Shown here in pieces: positions 1-10,924 of a DNA stretch of 64,000 nucleotides (within the stretch, counting starts at the first letter, position 1; each line of letters begins with the position of its first letter). The stretch is from positions 2,294,001-2,358,000 of the forward strand of contig JAQOWU010000008.1 in the NCBI GenBank assembly GCA_030867685.1. Reading direction: 5' to 3'. The notes under the pieces were generated by a model, which was given only the letters and a program-made list of their open reading frames with translations, was not told the DNA's origin and ran no database searches. The position numbers were made by a program, and so were the translations under genes. This DNA is from Wickerhamiella versatilis. Its lineage: Eukaryota.

Positions 1-2
1 GT

Positions 3-326
3 GAGGACATACCTGCTGAACTTGCAGGCCGCATACTAGCCCTCCTGGAGAAGTGGAAGACCCCTGCTGAGCCTATAATTCGCGGGATTCCTCGTGCGTT
101 ATGGACTGAGGAACTTGAATCAAAGGAGGGTACAGAGGAACCGGACACCACAGTGGAGCCAGATGATCAACCTGCAGACCACGCGAATGGTTATGGTATA
201 TCGGATAAAAGTGAGGAGCCTTTGGACTCTAATGATTTAACAGAGGAGAAGCAAAAATCACCGGAAAAACTGAAGGAAGAGCCGGAAACTAATACAGAAA
301 GTGACCAAGGAAAAGGTCAGATCTGA
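3..326 (+). CDS. 3' end of a gene starting before the window; acidic low-complexity C-terminus, product unknown
   Basis: Open frame from the window edge (EDIPAELAGRILALLEKW...ESDQGKGQI) to TGA at 324-326, followed by AT-rich sequence; not in the ORF track because it has no start. Confidence 0.7.
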   Translation, partial: EDIPAELAGRILALLEKWKTPAEPIIRGIPRALWTEELESKEGTEEPDTTVEPDDQPADHANGYGISDKSEEPLDSNDLTEEKQKSPEKLKEEPETNTESDQGKGQI

Positions 327-647
327 GAATAGCATGTGGCCTAATGTAGCTAGAAATTTTGTCCTATCTCGAAGACAGATAATAAATATTCTGGTATTCT
401 GATATTTTCTGTAGATAGATTGCATGTTGAATTGAGAGAGGTCTTTAAGAAGCTTCACTCTCTGCTGTCATTGCTATTAAAATGTCGAATAAAGTATTCA
501 TATAATTGATAAAAGACTATTGAACTAAATTTACTTTTCTCAGCTTGTTTTCATCCTGCTCGCTGGCTCTCCCCTTTTTTCTATCTATCTTGTAAGGAGA
601 ATCTGTCTAGTTCGCTGTGTCAGCAATTTACACGCGTCGCGGCCTGC

Positions 648-1286
648 ATGATTTTTGTCACTTTGTTCACGCTTCTTGCGCAGTCGCTAGCGCTCCACTT
701 ATACATTGGAGAAAATGAGGAACCTACATGTATCTATCTCACACTTGGGCGAGATGCTCAACTCGCTGAGAAGCACAGTGCTTGGGAACTCGAGGCCTCG
801 TCTAACAAGTGGGTTCGTGACGATACTTTGAGCATCGAGATCACTATAGATGAGCTTTTTGATAACAACCATCGCGTCTTCCATGACAAGAGGCAGCCTT
901 TTTCAGATTTTCAATTTACTGCCCAAGATGGTGGTGATCATAAGATCTGTTACCGTGCTTTGACTGATGGGTGGTGGTCTAAATCAAGGGTAAAGCTCGA
1001 ATTGGACTATGCTGTTGGTACTGGTGAAGCTATCAGAGACAGTGTCGGTGAGCGCCGACTTGGTGGATTGGCTGACAGAGTTTCTGAAGTTAGCCGTAAG
1101 TTTGTTCATATTGCGAGGGAACAAATGCTAATGCGAGAGCGTGAGGAGAGTTTCCGTGATGTTTCGGAGTCTACGAACTCGCGTGTAGCTAATATGACAG
1201 TCTTCCAGTTACTGGCTCTAGGTGCGACTTGTGCATGGCAAATCTCTCACCTTCGGTCATTCTTCACCAAACAAAAACTAGTTTAG
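648..1286 (+). CDS. ERP1: p24/emp24/gp25L family cargo receptor (Erp1-like)
   Basis: Signal peptide, GOLD domain (FTAQDGGDHKICY), REREESFRDVSESTNSRV, TM helix, C-terminal FFTKQKLV. Confidence 0.85.
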   Translation: MIFVTLFTLLAQSLALHLYIGENEEPTCIYLTLGRDAQLAEKHSAWELEASSNKWVRDDTLSIEITIDELFDNNHRVFHDKRQPFSDFQFTAQDGGDHKICYRALTDGWWSKSRVKLELDYAVGTGEAIRDSVGERRLGGLADRVSEVSRKFVHIAREQMLMREREESFRDVSESTNSRVANMTVFQLLALGATCAWQISHLRSFFTKQKLV

Positions 1287-1565
1287 AACTAGAACTGCAT
1301 TTGATAAATTGCTTAGTTTCGAAATAGGATATTTTAGGATCTGCTACATATGGAACTGAAGCCATACAGCAGCCGGAGAATGATGCATTATAGTTGTGCT
1401 TATTCGACAAATAAAACAAAATAAGGCGATAGTAATATGGGATCTTTATAACGACGCCATTATTTCTAGCCCTCACCAAACTGTAAAAGCGTTGTTACCA
1501 AAAAAATGAACTATAGTTATTACTAAATTGTAGGTTGATTGTTGCACGTAATAGATTGAAGTGCC

Positions 1566-2699
1566 ATGGCACTGTCCCTCGAAGAATATGAACGGTACGG
1601 TCGACAAATGATAGTTTCAGATGTCGGCTTGAAGGGACAGCAGAAAATTAAGAATTCTAAGGTTCTTGTTGTTGGCGCTGGAGGGTTGGGCTGTCCGGCT
1701 ATTGCATACCTTTCTGGCGCTGGTGTCGGACATATAGGTATAGTTGATGGAGACATTGTCGAGGTTGGAAATTTGCATCGGCAAATCCTACATGGTGGCA
1801 AAGTTGGTATGTACAAATCGGAAAGTGCAAAAGAATCGGTTAAAAATATCAATCCTCTTGTGGAAGTATCAGCATTTACAACCCACTTAACTGTTGAAAA
1901 TGCCTTAACGATTCTATCCCCTTATGATGTTGTTCTTGATTGCACGGATACCCCAGCTACACGTTACCTTATCAACGATGCATGTGTTCTGCTTCAAAAA
2001 CCTTTGGTGAGTGCATCAGCACTGCGTGGTGAGGGTCAGCTCGCTGTATTCAACTACCGCGGAGGGCCATGCTATCGCTGTCTGTTCCCTGAACCTCCCC
2101 CCCCTCATGCTGTCACAGCATGTGGGGATGGTGGTATAATAGGTCCAGTCGTCGGTTTGATGGGAACGTATCAAGCAATTGAAACACTTAGAGTCATATT
2201 AGACCTTGAGCATAACCCTCAGCTATTATTATTTCAGGCTTGGGCCCCCACTCCTTTCAGGGCTATCAGAATACGAGGCCGTCAAGCCAATTGCAAAGCA
2301 TGTGGCAATGTGCCGACCATAGAGGAATTCAAACAAAGAAATTATCGGCTATGGTGCGGTCTAGATGCGGTAGAGCCATTGGACAAACAATTTCGGGTTG
2401 ATGTAGAAGACTTCGAACCAAATGATTCTCAGGTAGTTGATGTCAGACCCGAGGTGCAATTTGACATGTGCCATCTCCCACAGTCGACTAATATCCCTAT
2501 CGATGTCCTTCGAAAGGTCAAATCAGTTGAAGAGCTACCACTAAACCTCAAAGAACCACTCACTGTTATTTGCCGTTATGGCAATGACTCTCAAGACGCA
2601 GTCCGAATATTTCAGCGCTTCGGTATTGATGCGAAAGATCTCAGGGGTGGACTCGAGAAGTGGTCATTGAAGCGCGATCCTCTATTTCCACGATATTAA
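1566..2699 (+). CDS. UBA4: Adenylyltransferase/sulfurtransferase Uba4 (MOCS3)
   Basis: ThiF motifs RYGRQ, GAGGLG, NLHRQ, CYRC, CKAC plus C-terminal rhodanese CRYGNDS. Confidence 0.93.
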   Translation: MALSLEEYERYGRQMIVSDVGLKGQQKIKNSKVLVVGAGGLGCPAIAYLSGAGVGHIGIVDGDIVEVGNLHRQILHGGKVGMYKSESAKESVKNINPLVEVSAFTTHLTVENALTILSPYDVVLDCTDTPATRYLINDACVLLQKPLVSASALRGEGQLAVFNYRGGPCYRCLFPEPPPPHAVTACGDGGIIGPVVGLMGTYQAIETLRVILDLEHNPQLLLFQAWAPTPFRAIRIRGRQANCKACGNVPTIEEFKQRNYRLWCGLDAVEPLDKQFRVDVEDFEPNDSQVVDVRPEVQFDMCHLPQSTNIPIDVLRKVKSVEELPLNLKEPLTVICRYGNDSQDAVRIFQRFGIDAKDLRGGLEKWSLKRDPLFPRY

Positions 2700-2834
2700 T
2701 AGATTTATTTGTATATATATATGTATATATTAGATGAATGGGCGTACAAAGGCAGCTACGCAATCTCATGGTAGGCACTAATGATAGCTTCGATTGATTA
2801 TGCCATTAACTGGTGCGTAGCAATCAAAATTAAC

Positions 2835-4508
2835 TTAGCTGGGGCGAGGTTCAAGCGATTCCACCCTTACTATACCAGAAGCTGTTGCTGCGGCAAACCA
2901 ACTAGATCCCGGTGCAAAATCCAAGGCAGTAATTGCCACTGTCTTAGGATAGAGAGTAATACGGTCTGTCTTCGAATGTTTTCCCGCTTGTAGAGGGGAG
3001 AGCTTCTCAACGAATCTGTATCTTCCGCTTCTTTCATTACATTCCAAGGTCCATAGGCATGCCTCAGCATGAACTTTATTGGTTCTTCGCGTCGTAGTTG
3101 CCCTTCTCACTGTATTTGTTACATGTACTGAACCGTCTGACGCCCCTGATATAATTAAAGGATGGGATCTGCTGGTGGCTAAAGACGTCAGCATACCTTC
3201 ATGGTGAGTGAGGCTTGTGCCACTGCGGATTATTCCAGGATTTCGAAGAGGTAAGAGCTTTGTGCTTCCAGTGTCCTCTGCCATTACAAAAGACTCTACA
3301 AGTGGGCACCATGATATAGAGGGTGAAAATAATTTATGTCTTGGAGTTGAAGCCTGGGATCGACGGATGTCGTTTAAATCAATTATTTTGCAGAAGCCAT
3401 CCACAGATGAAGTAAATATTAATGAGGCTCGTTCGGGCCCACCGCTGGCAATGTCGTTGATAAGAGAGTAATGGACTGGCCAAACGAACGAGGGCGTTTC
3501 TTCATCAACAACAAATTCCGCAATACATCCATCACGTGTGCCTACAACTAGATGTCTGATATCTTTCCAACATACTGACGTAGCTTTCTGCTTAAGACAA
3601 AATCTTCGCGGTACCAAGCTGCCACTGGACGTAGGAGCGAAAATAACCAATCCTCCATCTTGTAATACGACTGCGATTTCCTTGTCTGAACACGGTCTCC
3701 ATATGACCTGTTTGGGAATACCAGTATCAACAATATGCTCAAGTTTTATGTCTTCTGGGGTCATCTTCCATATCTGTATATATCCTTGGCCTCTCTGTAT
3801 GGAATTACTGCTAAGATCAGATCTCACCGCTGGCTGTTCTATTGGATCACCCGGGACCACACCAATAGCCAAATGGCTACCATCAGGACTCCAACTGATG
3901 GTGGTTACAAGTCCTCCAGCATTCAATATACGTACACCCGAAGCTTTAAGTCTTTCTCCAGGCGAAAGTTCCTGATCGTTCACTATGATGTTTGAGCCTG
4001 GTATTGGAGAACCCGTATTTGTTGGCTCAATGGCCGATGATATCGCCGAAGCACCCGCTTCGATTATCTCATGCTTCAACAGTAAGCTCTCAGGTATCAT
4101 AAACATAATATCCCCCCATTTTCTGCGTATCTTCACCCCGCTTAAAAGTTCGTCATTCGCAGATCCATAAAAAAGACTCATACGTTCTCTCATTGTCTCA
4201 TATGTCCGATGAGGTCTGGCAGGTACCTCTTTTGAATCTTTTGTATCTTCCTGTTTAAAATCTATGGGCTTTTCAGTCTCGAAAGTGCTGGCATTATCAA
4301 CAGCATTTAGCGATTCTTCCATCTCGGAATCTGCTTCTAAGTTGTCTTGCTCATGAAGAACTTCATCCTCATCTGTGGATGGTATCTTTGCATCGTCACT
4401 ATCCTCACCTTCATCTTCTAATGTAAGGTCAGAATAATCTATACGTTGCTTCGCGCGTCTCTGGCGTGCCATGTTAGGGTTGGGGTACGTTGGCAGTACT
4501 CGATCCAT
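2835..4508 (-). CDS. TFC6: WD40 protein, probable TFIIIC subunit Tfc6 (start may be the ATG at 4472)
   Basis: Basic then acidic N-terminus, LNAGGLVTTISWSP, HPLIISGASDGSV, C-terminal FAAATASGIVRVE resemble Tfc6/Sfc6. Confidence 0.65.
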   Translation of the reverse strand: MDRVLPTYPNPNMARQRRAKQRIDYSDLTLEDEGEDSDDAKIPSTDEDEVLHEQDNLEADSEMEESLNAVDNASTFETEKPIDFKQEDTKDSKEVPARPHRTYETMRERMSLFYGSANDELLSGVKIRRKWGDIMFMIPESLLLKHEIIEAGASAISSAIEPTNTGSPIPGSNIIVNDQELSPGERLKASGVRILNAGGLVTTISWSPDGSHLAIGVVPGDPIEQPAVRSDLSSNSIQRGQGYIQIWKMTPEDIKLEHIVDTGIPKQVIWRPCSDKEIAVVLQDGGLVIFAPTSSGSLVPRRFCLKQKATSVCWKDIRHLVVGTRDGCIAEFVVDEETPSFVWPVHYSLINDIASGGPERASLIFTSSVDGFCKIIDLNDIRRSQASTPRHKLFSPSISWCPLVESFVMAEDTGSTKLLPLRNPGIIRSGTSLTHHEGMLTSLATSRSHPLIISGASDGSVHVTNTVRRATTTRRTNKVHAEACLWTLECNERSGRYRFVEKLSPLQAGKHSKTDRITLYPKTVAITALDFAPGSSWFAAATASGIVRVESLEPRPS

Positions 4509-4780
4509 TATGGACCCTCTTATCTTTATGTTTTAAAGACTACCAGCTACAATCCTTTTTCTAGTAGCACTCTCAGTGAACATGCAAAGTAGAAATTAGT
4601 TTGACTTACAAAAAAGCTCACTTAGTCTATAAATATTTAATTATACGTTTTCAGCTGTATATCTCGTTAATAAATATTGAATCAGGAATAATTCTTTTCT
4701 ACAGCGTTATCCGTTCATACTAAATCATCTTTCAACCACGAAGTCTATATGAAGCCATGCTTACTATGTGATTCTTGGTC

Positions 4781-7700
4781 ATGGATAGTAGGCTCACTGC
4801 ATCCTGGTCATCAACACATTCTCGAACTCCATCAGATGAGCCCAACTATAGACAGTCTATCGATGGAAGTATTCAATGGAAAAATTGTGGGCGTATTGGT
4901 TCCGTAATATACCCTTCAGATGCTGCATTCGGACACCCCACGGTCTTGGAATGTACGACTGAGATTCTGGCCGTAGGTACAACGGGCTGTTGTGTTTTAC
5001 TTTTTAACTACTATCAAGATCTTTTAAGATCTTTGAGACCTCCAAATCTAACCAGAGGCGTGTATGGTCCTGTTACTGCTTTAGCAATCTCAAAAGATAA
5101 CACGTTTGTCGCTGCAGGCTTTGAGCAAGGCTACATTGTGGTCTGGAAGCAAGGAGATGTCTTCATGCATATAAATCCTTTGAATCGTCCGCCAGCATCT
5201 TATGACGCTGGTCATGAAACTCACCTCGTTGGATCTGCTGTGATATCTGTCAAATTCGTTCCCGGCAGACACTCACTACTCATATCTGCTGATAATCGGG
5301 GTATAGTTGTAATGCACCATGCCATGCGGCTTTTACTTGAACACAGGACTAGGTCCCACAGACTCCTTGGTACTTATCTCCAGCCAAAGCCTACAACGTT
5401 GTTCGCTATGGATGTGTTCGAGGTGGCGGGAACATCTTTTTTGGCTGCTTTAAGTCCATTTAATTTGTGCATCCTAACATTGGACCCAAAAAAGGTGGTT
5501 TTGCATATACCCAGAAGTGCAGAAGATGTATGCCTCAAAACTGGTGCATCAGGGTTTTTGACGTGGAATGATCACACCAAACAACTTATTTGGGGCTGGT
5601 CAGATCTAATTATACTAATGAAAGCTGTTGTTTCCCCAAATGGTGTGAATTTTGCGGCTGAATCACAATATAGGTGTTTTGAAACGTTAGTTCATCTTAG
5701 TTGGCTTGATGAACAGTTTCCTATGGTAATTGGGTGTACAGTTACCCAAAAGCTTGTCCTATTACGATTAGATATTCTCGGATTGACGTATGCGCAGGAT
5801 ATTACCGGTAAACACGCTCTCCATCAAGATTTTTTTTCACATGCTGTGTCTATTGTCGCTGATTTGTATCCCTCAATTCGTACTATGAATGGTAATATCT
5901 TTTTGCTAGGCAAGTATGAGTTTTTACATGGGTCTTTAATAAATTGGGCTGATCGATTAATGAGTCTTTTAGCGAGCTCAGACAGCTCGGCAGACGCTGT
6001 CGCTCTGGCTGCGAGATTTTACCAAGACGATTCAGCGGTTTTAGGACTTATTGGCTTGCCTACAGATCCAAGCCTACGAAAGGAAACTATTAAGCAGGCC
6101 CTGCCTGATATTGTGCTGAGTGCAGTCCGGTTTGCCGTAAGCCATGGGAGTGGGGACATTCCACATCTTCTGGGTGTGTGTGTACGCGCGATAATTCTGG
6201 TAGATATAACCTTGCTCGGACAGATATTTGACGTTGTTCAATCAGACAAGGAAGCACTTGATGCTTATCTTAATACCTTGACTGATCTAGTTTTAGATGG
6301 AATTATCCACAGCCTTCCACCCCGAATATTCCAAGAATTATTGCTGATCCATGAGGATTCTCATGAGTTAGAGCGTGTTCTTTACCGGCTTGACCCATCG
6401 ACGCTTGATTTTGATCTTGCAATGTCAATTTGTCAAAAAAGGGAATTATGTGGCCCATATATTTATCTTTGCATATGTTTGGGCGATTTTCATTCCCCCA
6501 TTACTTCTCCCACAAAGTACACAATGGCTTTTATTGCATACACCTTGACAGGAAAAGTATTTCCAACGGGAAGTCTGCTTTCCAGCGCAAACGAAGCAAA
6601 AAGACAGGTATGGAGTGATATTCTGAGATACACTAAACTGTTGCTCGATTATGATGCATCTGGTCTTTTTTCTGCTTTGAATGAGGGCTTTGAGGACGAT
6701 TTCCTTAATGAAGATGATGAAATATCGAGACAAATAGTTGTCAATACGTTGCTGAATGTTTACACCAAAGAAAAATTTGAAAATAGGACTTTTCTCAATA
6801 TCTTTCTCGGCAGACAATTACCAAAATATCCACAATATCTCTTGCTTCCTGGTTCGCGAATTCAGAAGATAATCGAGGAATTGTGCTTACCAGACCAAGG
6901 ATTTCATGATGAAAGAGAGTTGGCTATACTCTGTTTATTGAGTATTTATAAACCATCAGACCTTAATGAGTTAATTGCACGGCTCTCTGATGGTGGTTTT
7001 TGGCTGGCCATTGAACAAATTTACCGCTCAAAGCAAAATTGGAACGGCCTAGCGCTGTTACAGCTGAAGAGCCCAGATGTCTCCTGGAAAATTTTACATG
7101 AAGCAGTTGCTCATGGACAGAAGCGGGTATTCAAGGATTATTTTTCTTTTTTTGCCCAGAAAAATCCAAATGAGACAGCGAAAATTGCAAATGAATTTGG
7201 GATCTCTGTTTGGGATGAATGCCTCAAATTGGAAGATCCACTTCCGTACTTAAAGGCATATTTCTCTATATGTAGCACCCTACCCCCTATGCGGATTCGC
7301 ACAATCTACATCTCCATGCTGTCACGAAATCATGATGAGCTTATGTTTGCCCTTGAAAAACAATTTAATCATCGTGGAGATATTGATATTGAAGAAAATA
7401 CTAAGTCTTTGCTCGAAAATGATGCTACAGACGCAGTTGCTTTACTGCTTTGCAGGGACGAGCGTTATGAGGAGGCTCTCACCTCCGTGATCAAGACTCT
7501 TGATAAGCCTGGATACTGCGATTTAGCTACGACAATTTGTAGTGAGTCCAGAGATCTCAATCTCTGGAAGCGTCTCATTGATAAGCTCATGGAGATGGAT
7601 AATTTCGAAGAAGTTCGTCGCGTTGTCCAAGTTCTTGTGGAATCAGACGAGCTTGTCATAGAATTGGTTCCTCACCAGACGCAGGTAATCCAAGATGTTC

Positions 7701-8041
7701 TGATATTAATGCGTAGACAAAGTGCATTTCTGAGCACTATTCTTAGTTTGCTCAATGGCGACCTATATGGTCTTTTCACGTGGAAACTGAGGACACGTCT
7801 TCAGGGTTGGTCAGTGGCAATCGATTGTGATTGCGAATGCTGTGGGTCTAAAGTTTGTGGGGTTGGAGTAGATGCGAATATCTTGTACGACCTTTGGATG
7901 AAAAACAAAAAAGATTTGGAGATACCTTCAAAATTCGTTTCTACTTACTCCCTAGCAGTTTTTCAATGTGGTCACACATATCATTCGAAATGCCTTGAAC
8001 GTATATCACCTAATAAGACTTGCCCAGTATGTACTAATTAG
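4781..8041 (+). CDS. VPS8: CORVET subunit Vps8
   Basis: N-terminal beta-propeller, helical region (YTLTGKVFP, ALNEGFEDDFLN) and C-terminal RING (CECC...CGHTYHSKC...CPVC); first ATG at 4781. Confidence 0.88.
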   Translation: MDSRLTASWSSTHSRTPSDEPNYRQSIDGSIQWKNCGRIGSVIYPSDAAFGHPTVLECTTEILAVGTTGCCVLLFNYYQDLLRSLRPPNLTRGVYGPVTALAISKDNTFVAAGFEQGYIVVWKQGDVFMHINPLNRPPASYDAGHETHLVGSAVISVKFVPGRHSLLISADNRGIVVMHHAMRLLLEHRTRSHRLLGTYLQPKPTTLFAMDVFEVAGTSFLAALSPFNLCILTLDPKKVVLHIPRSAEDVCLKTGASGFLTWNDHTKQLIWGWSDLIILMKAVVSPNGVNFAAESQYRCFETLVHLSWLDEQFPMVIGCTVTQKLVLLRLDILGLTYAQDITGKHALHQDFFSHAVSIVADLYPSIRTMNGNIFLLGKYEFLHGSLINWADRLMSLLASSDSSADAVALAARFYQDDSAVLGLIGLPTDPSLRKETIKQALPDIVLSAVRFAVSHGSGDIPHLLGVCVRAIILVDITLLGQIFDVVQSDKEALDAYLNTLTDLVLDGIIHSLPPRIFQELLLIHEDSHELERVLYRLDPSTLDFDLAMSICQKRELCGPYIYLCICLGDFHSPITSPTKYTMAFIAYTLTGKVFPTGSLLSSANEAKRQVWSDILRYTKLLLDYDASGLFSALNEGFEDDFLNEDDEISRQIVVNTLLNVYTKEKFENRTFLNIFLGRQLPKYPQYLLLPGSRIQKIIEELCLPDQGFHDERELAILCLLSIYKPSDLNELIARLSDGGFWLAIEQIYRSKQNWNGLALLQLKSPDVSWKILHEAVAHGQKRVFKDYFSFFAQKNPNETAKIANEFGISVWDECLKLEDPLPYLKAYFSICSTLPPMRIRTIYISMLSRNHDELMFALEKQFNHRGDIDIEENTKSLLENDATDAVALLLCRDERYEEALTSVIKTLDKPGYCDLATTICSESRDLNLWKRLIDKLMEMDNFEEVRRVVQVLVESDELVIELVPHQTQVIQDVLILMRRQSAFLSTILSLLNGDLYGLFTWKLRTRLQGWSVAIDCDCECCGSKVCGVGVDANILYDLWMKNKKDLEIPSKFVSTYSLAVFQCGHTYHSKCLERISPNKTCPVCTN

Positions 8042-8043
8042 TG

Positions 8044-9180
8044 TTATATCAGGGACAGTCCCTGGGTTAAATCAGCTATAAGATCATCAGCATCCTCGCA
8101 ACCGATGGATACTCTTAGAACAGTCCTCTCCACCTTTGTATCGCTCAAGCAGCGCCATTCAATCATACTCTCAACCCCACCGAGGGAGGTACAGTGATGA
8201 AAGAGTTTGAGCTTAGACGGAAAATATCGAGCTTGCTCTGGCGATGCCAATACTAGTTGAAACACAGGTGGTCCACCATAAGGTAACTCTTGTCGAACGA
8301 AATCCTCAGACTGGAGGGTCGCATGATGAATTGAAGCAATTGCTGGAAACTTGGACAAGTTTTTGATGAGGTGAGAAACTACTCGATTGGTATTATCGAC
8401 TTGTTTGAGGATGCGCATTCCTAGAGTCCTTAATGATCTGAGAAGAAGCCAAGCTTCCGCCGTAGGAATTATTGTGCCCAAATATATCCGGTCATGAAGT
8501 AGCGAGGCCTTTATATGCGCATCTTTTGTTACCAGCACACCAGCAAGTACATCAGAATGACCACCGAAATACTTGGACGCTGAATGCAGTATCATATCGG
8601 CACCAAATTTCCAAGGATCCTGTATGGGTGGTGGTGCAAAGGTAGAATCAACCAGGAGTGTACATCCTTTGGCTTTTGATAAACGCGAATAATAGCTCAA
8701 GTCCCTAGCCTCACCTGTCGGATTCAAAGGTGTTTCGACATGTATCAAATCACCTTTTTGCGCTTTTGCTTCGATTTCGCTGAGGTCATAGACTTCAACT
8801 CCACGTCTTTGCATTAACTCTAGGACACCGTGACATCCATGATATCCAAGAGTAATGAAGACACGACGGGGATTGAAGTGGGTCACGGCTGCATGATAGG
8901 CCGATAATCCACTAGAATATGCAATGGTGTAGCCACCGAGCACTTTTTCAAGAATTTCTTCTACTCGGTTCACATTTGGCTGGCCCAGACGAGAATACAC
9001 CAGTTGTTGGCTGGCATCTTGAGCGTCTGCAGCAGGTACAAGTTTGGATGGATCACTATCATATTTGTAGGTAGTTGACACATGAAGCGGGGCACCTACA
9101 TCAGTTAAATCGCTTGAATCCGCATGCAGCAAAGCAGTGTTATACTCTACTTTAGCGCTCTCAGTCGGTAACGGCCACAT
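8044..9180 (-). CDS. PLP-dependent trans-sulfuration enzyme (Cys/Met metabolism family, YHR112C-like)
   Basis: YSRLGQPN, ETPLNP, VDSTFAPP, PLP-lysine motif HSASKYFGGHSD, SLGGVES; first ATG at 9180. Confidence 0.85.
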   Translation of the reverse strand: MWPLPTESAKVEYNTALLHADSSDLTDVGAPLHVSTTYKYDSDPSKLVPAADAQDASQQLVYSRLGQPNVNRVEEILEKVLGGYTIAYSSGLSAYHAAVTHFNPRRVFITLGYHGCHGVLELMQRRGVEVYDLSEIEAKAQKGDLIHVETPLNPTGEARDLSYYSRLSKAKGCTLLVDSTFAPPPIQDPWKFGADMILHSASKYFGGHSDVLAGVLVTKDAHIKASLLHDRIYLGTIIPTAEAWLLLRSLRTLGMRILKQVDNTNRVVSHLIKNLSKFPAIASIHHATLQSEDFVRQELPYGGPPVFQLVLASPEQARYFPSKLKLFHHCTSLGGVESMIEWRCLSDTKVERTVLRVSIGCEDADDLIADLTQGLSLI

Positions 9181-9473
9181 GTTAATAATTGGTGTGTAAC
9201 CCCCAGCCACGTCATAGATATAGCGGTTACGAGGCTGTCGACAAAAGAAGAGGAAATTCAAGTTAGCTTCCGTGTATACCCAAATACCTACAGCTAATAT
9301 AATATCTCAAATTACTTTATAGACCATTGCTACCTCTTAAATAAAGTCAGGAGCGCTTATCTGGTATGATCATAATAGACCAGGCTACTGAATAGTAAAA
9401 AAACGCCTGGTTTTTGCAATTACTATCCAAGCTAATAAATATTAATTCCTACACCAGCTCGTTTCAACACTTT

Positions 9474-10907
9474 TTAACTTAGAAGAGAGCCTGTCCTACT
9501 ATGACAATCAACATATAACTCGAATGACCGGATCTCGTCATTATCGAAAAATACATTAAGAATCCATCGCCCTGTACTGCCTATAGGAGGGTTTCCATCG
9601 TATCTTTCATCCAATAAATCATTCTCACTATCCCAAGACAAATCATGGGCCCTGAGTGGAGCAACACTGAAGCCGATAATCGGATCATCACCCCAGATTA
9701 CAGTCTCCTGTCTGAAGGCGGGTCGCCCATTATGGCGAGTCAACCTGAAAAATACCAGCGACTTAGCACGTGTTGCACAGATGGCCAGATTTAAATGTGG
9801 CACAATCTCTACCATACTCACTGCATGCCCCAATTCCCAATCTTCGAAAACGTCTGGCGGAATCAGCGGCTGCCGGGTATATGCACAACACATAAAGTCA
9901 CCAGCTTTCGTAAGGAAAGCTTGAGAGGCAGAAGTGGAAAATAAATATGTGTTGAAGCTGAGTTTTTCAACCTCCAGGTTGGGTGCATCAAGCTTACGCC
10001 GTCCCGTTCTTATCCACTGAGCTGTCTGTGCACACTGTCGTTGAATCCACAACATTGGGGGATCACTGCAATGATCATGAACATGATCAGCACATTCAGC
10101 TGGAAATTCAGAATTTTGGTCGTTCTGACCTCCACTAAGCTCATAAGAGTTTGAGACGGGGAGGAAATCAGCAAGAGTAAGAAAGCGGCATGTCCAGCAG
10201 GATTGGTCGATCTGGTACTCATACAGCATACGTAAATTACTCTGGTCAAGCTTTAGTAGGCCAATTGCGCCACTCAATAGGTGGACATAAAGTTTTGAAT
10301 AGGAAATGTATACCTCGTCCTGAGCAGGTTCATTGTCATCCACAAAAGCACTACGCTGTGGATATACAAACTCAACGCATGGTATATTACCACGTAGGCG
10401 CCCACGACGTGCAACAACCTCGAGAGAATCATTTTCCTTGAGACGGTGGAGTATCACGCTACCTGAATTGTCGGACGTCGCTATGAGAGGCAGAAAGCGA
10501 TGAAATGCAAGGCCCCAACAAGAGCTTGTGGCTCTAGTTGTCAGCCAAGGATCTTTTACTCCGCGTAAAATGTCATGAGTCTTCCATACAAAGACGTATC
10601 CATCTTGCAGCACACAGCCGAGTACTTCAGAACTGCATAATGTTCCTAAGCGTAAGTAATTTATCACAGCTCCTGAGAATGGCTGTATAATCATTTTCAC
10701 TTTGTTTCCGAGATCTAAGACGAATACTTTTGGGCCACGACAGCAAAATACGAGAGGAAACAACTGAGACGCTGCCGCAAGGTTACTACGAAAAGGAATA
10801 GTTTCATTGTCAATATCCGGAACTAATCCATTATCTTCCTCGATCAGCCGTGTATTGAGATGATTTCCGTATGAGACCGCAGGACACACTGTCACTAGAT
10901 CCGGCAT
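9474..10907 (-). CDS. Crt10-like beta-propeller protein
   Basis: FRSNLAA, INYLRLG...EVL, SCWGLA, ATSDNS, NIPCVEF motifs resemble the CRT10 family. Confidence 0.6.
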   Translation of the reverse strand: MPDLVTVCPAVSYGNHLNTRLIEEDNGLVPDIDNETIPFRSNLAAASQLFPLVFCCRGPKVFVLDLGNKVKMIIQPFSGAVINYLRLGTLCSSEVLGCVLQDGYVFVWKTHDILRGVKDPWLTTRATSSCWGLAFHRFLPLIATSDNSGSVILHRLKENDSLEVVARRGRLRGNIPCVEFVYPQRSAFVDDNEPAQDEVYISYSKLYVHLLSGAIGLLKLDQSNLRMLYEYQIDQSCWTCRFLTLADFLPVSNSYELSGGQNDQNSEFPAECADHVHDHCSDPPMLWIQRQCAQTAQWIRTGRRKLDAPNLEVEKLSFNTYLFSTSASQAFLTKAGDFMCCAYTRQPLIPPDVFEDWELGHAVSMVEIVPHLNLAICATRAKSLVFFRLTRHNGRPAFRQETVIWGDDPIIGFSVAPLRAHDLSWDSENDLLDERYDGNPPIGSTGRWILNVFFDNDEIRSFELYVDCHSRTGSLLS

Positions 10908-10924
10908 CGATACATTGTATAGGA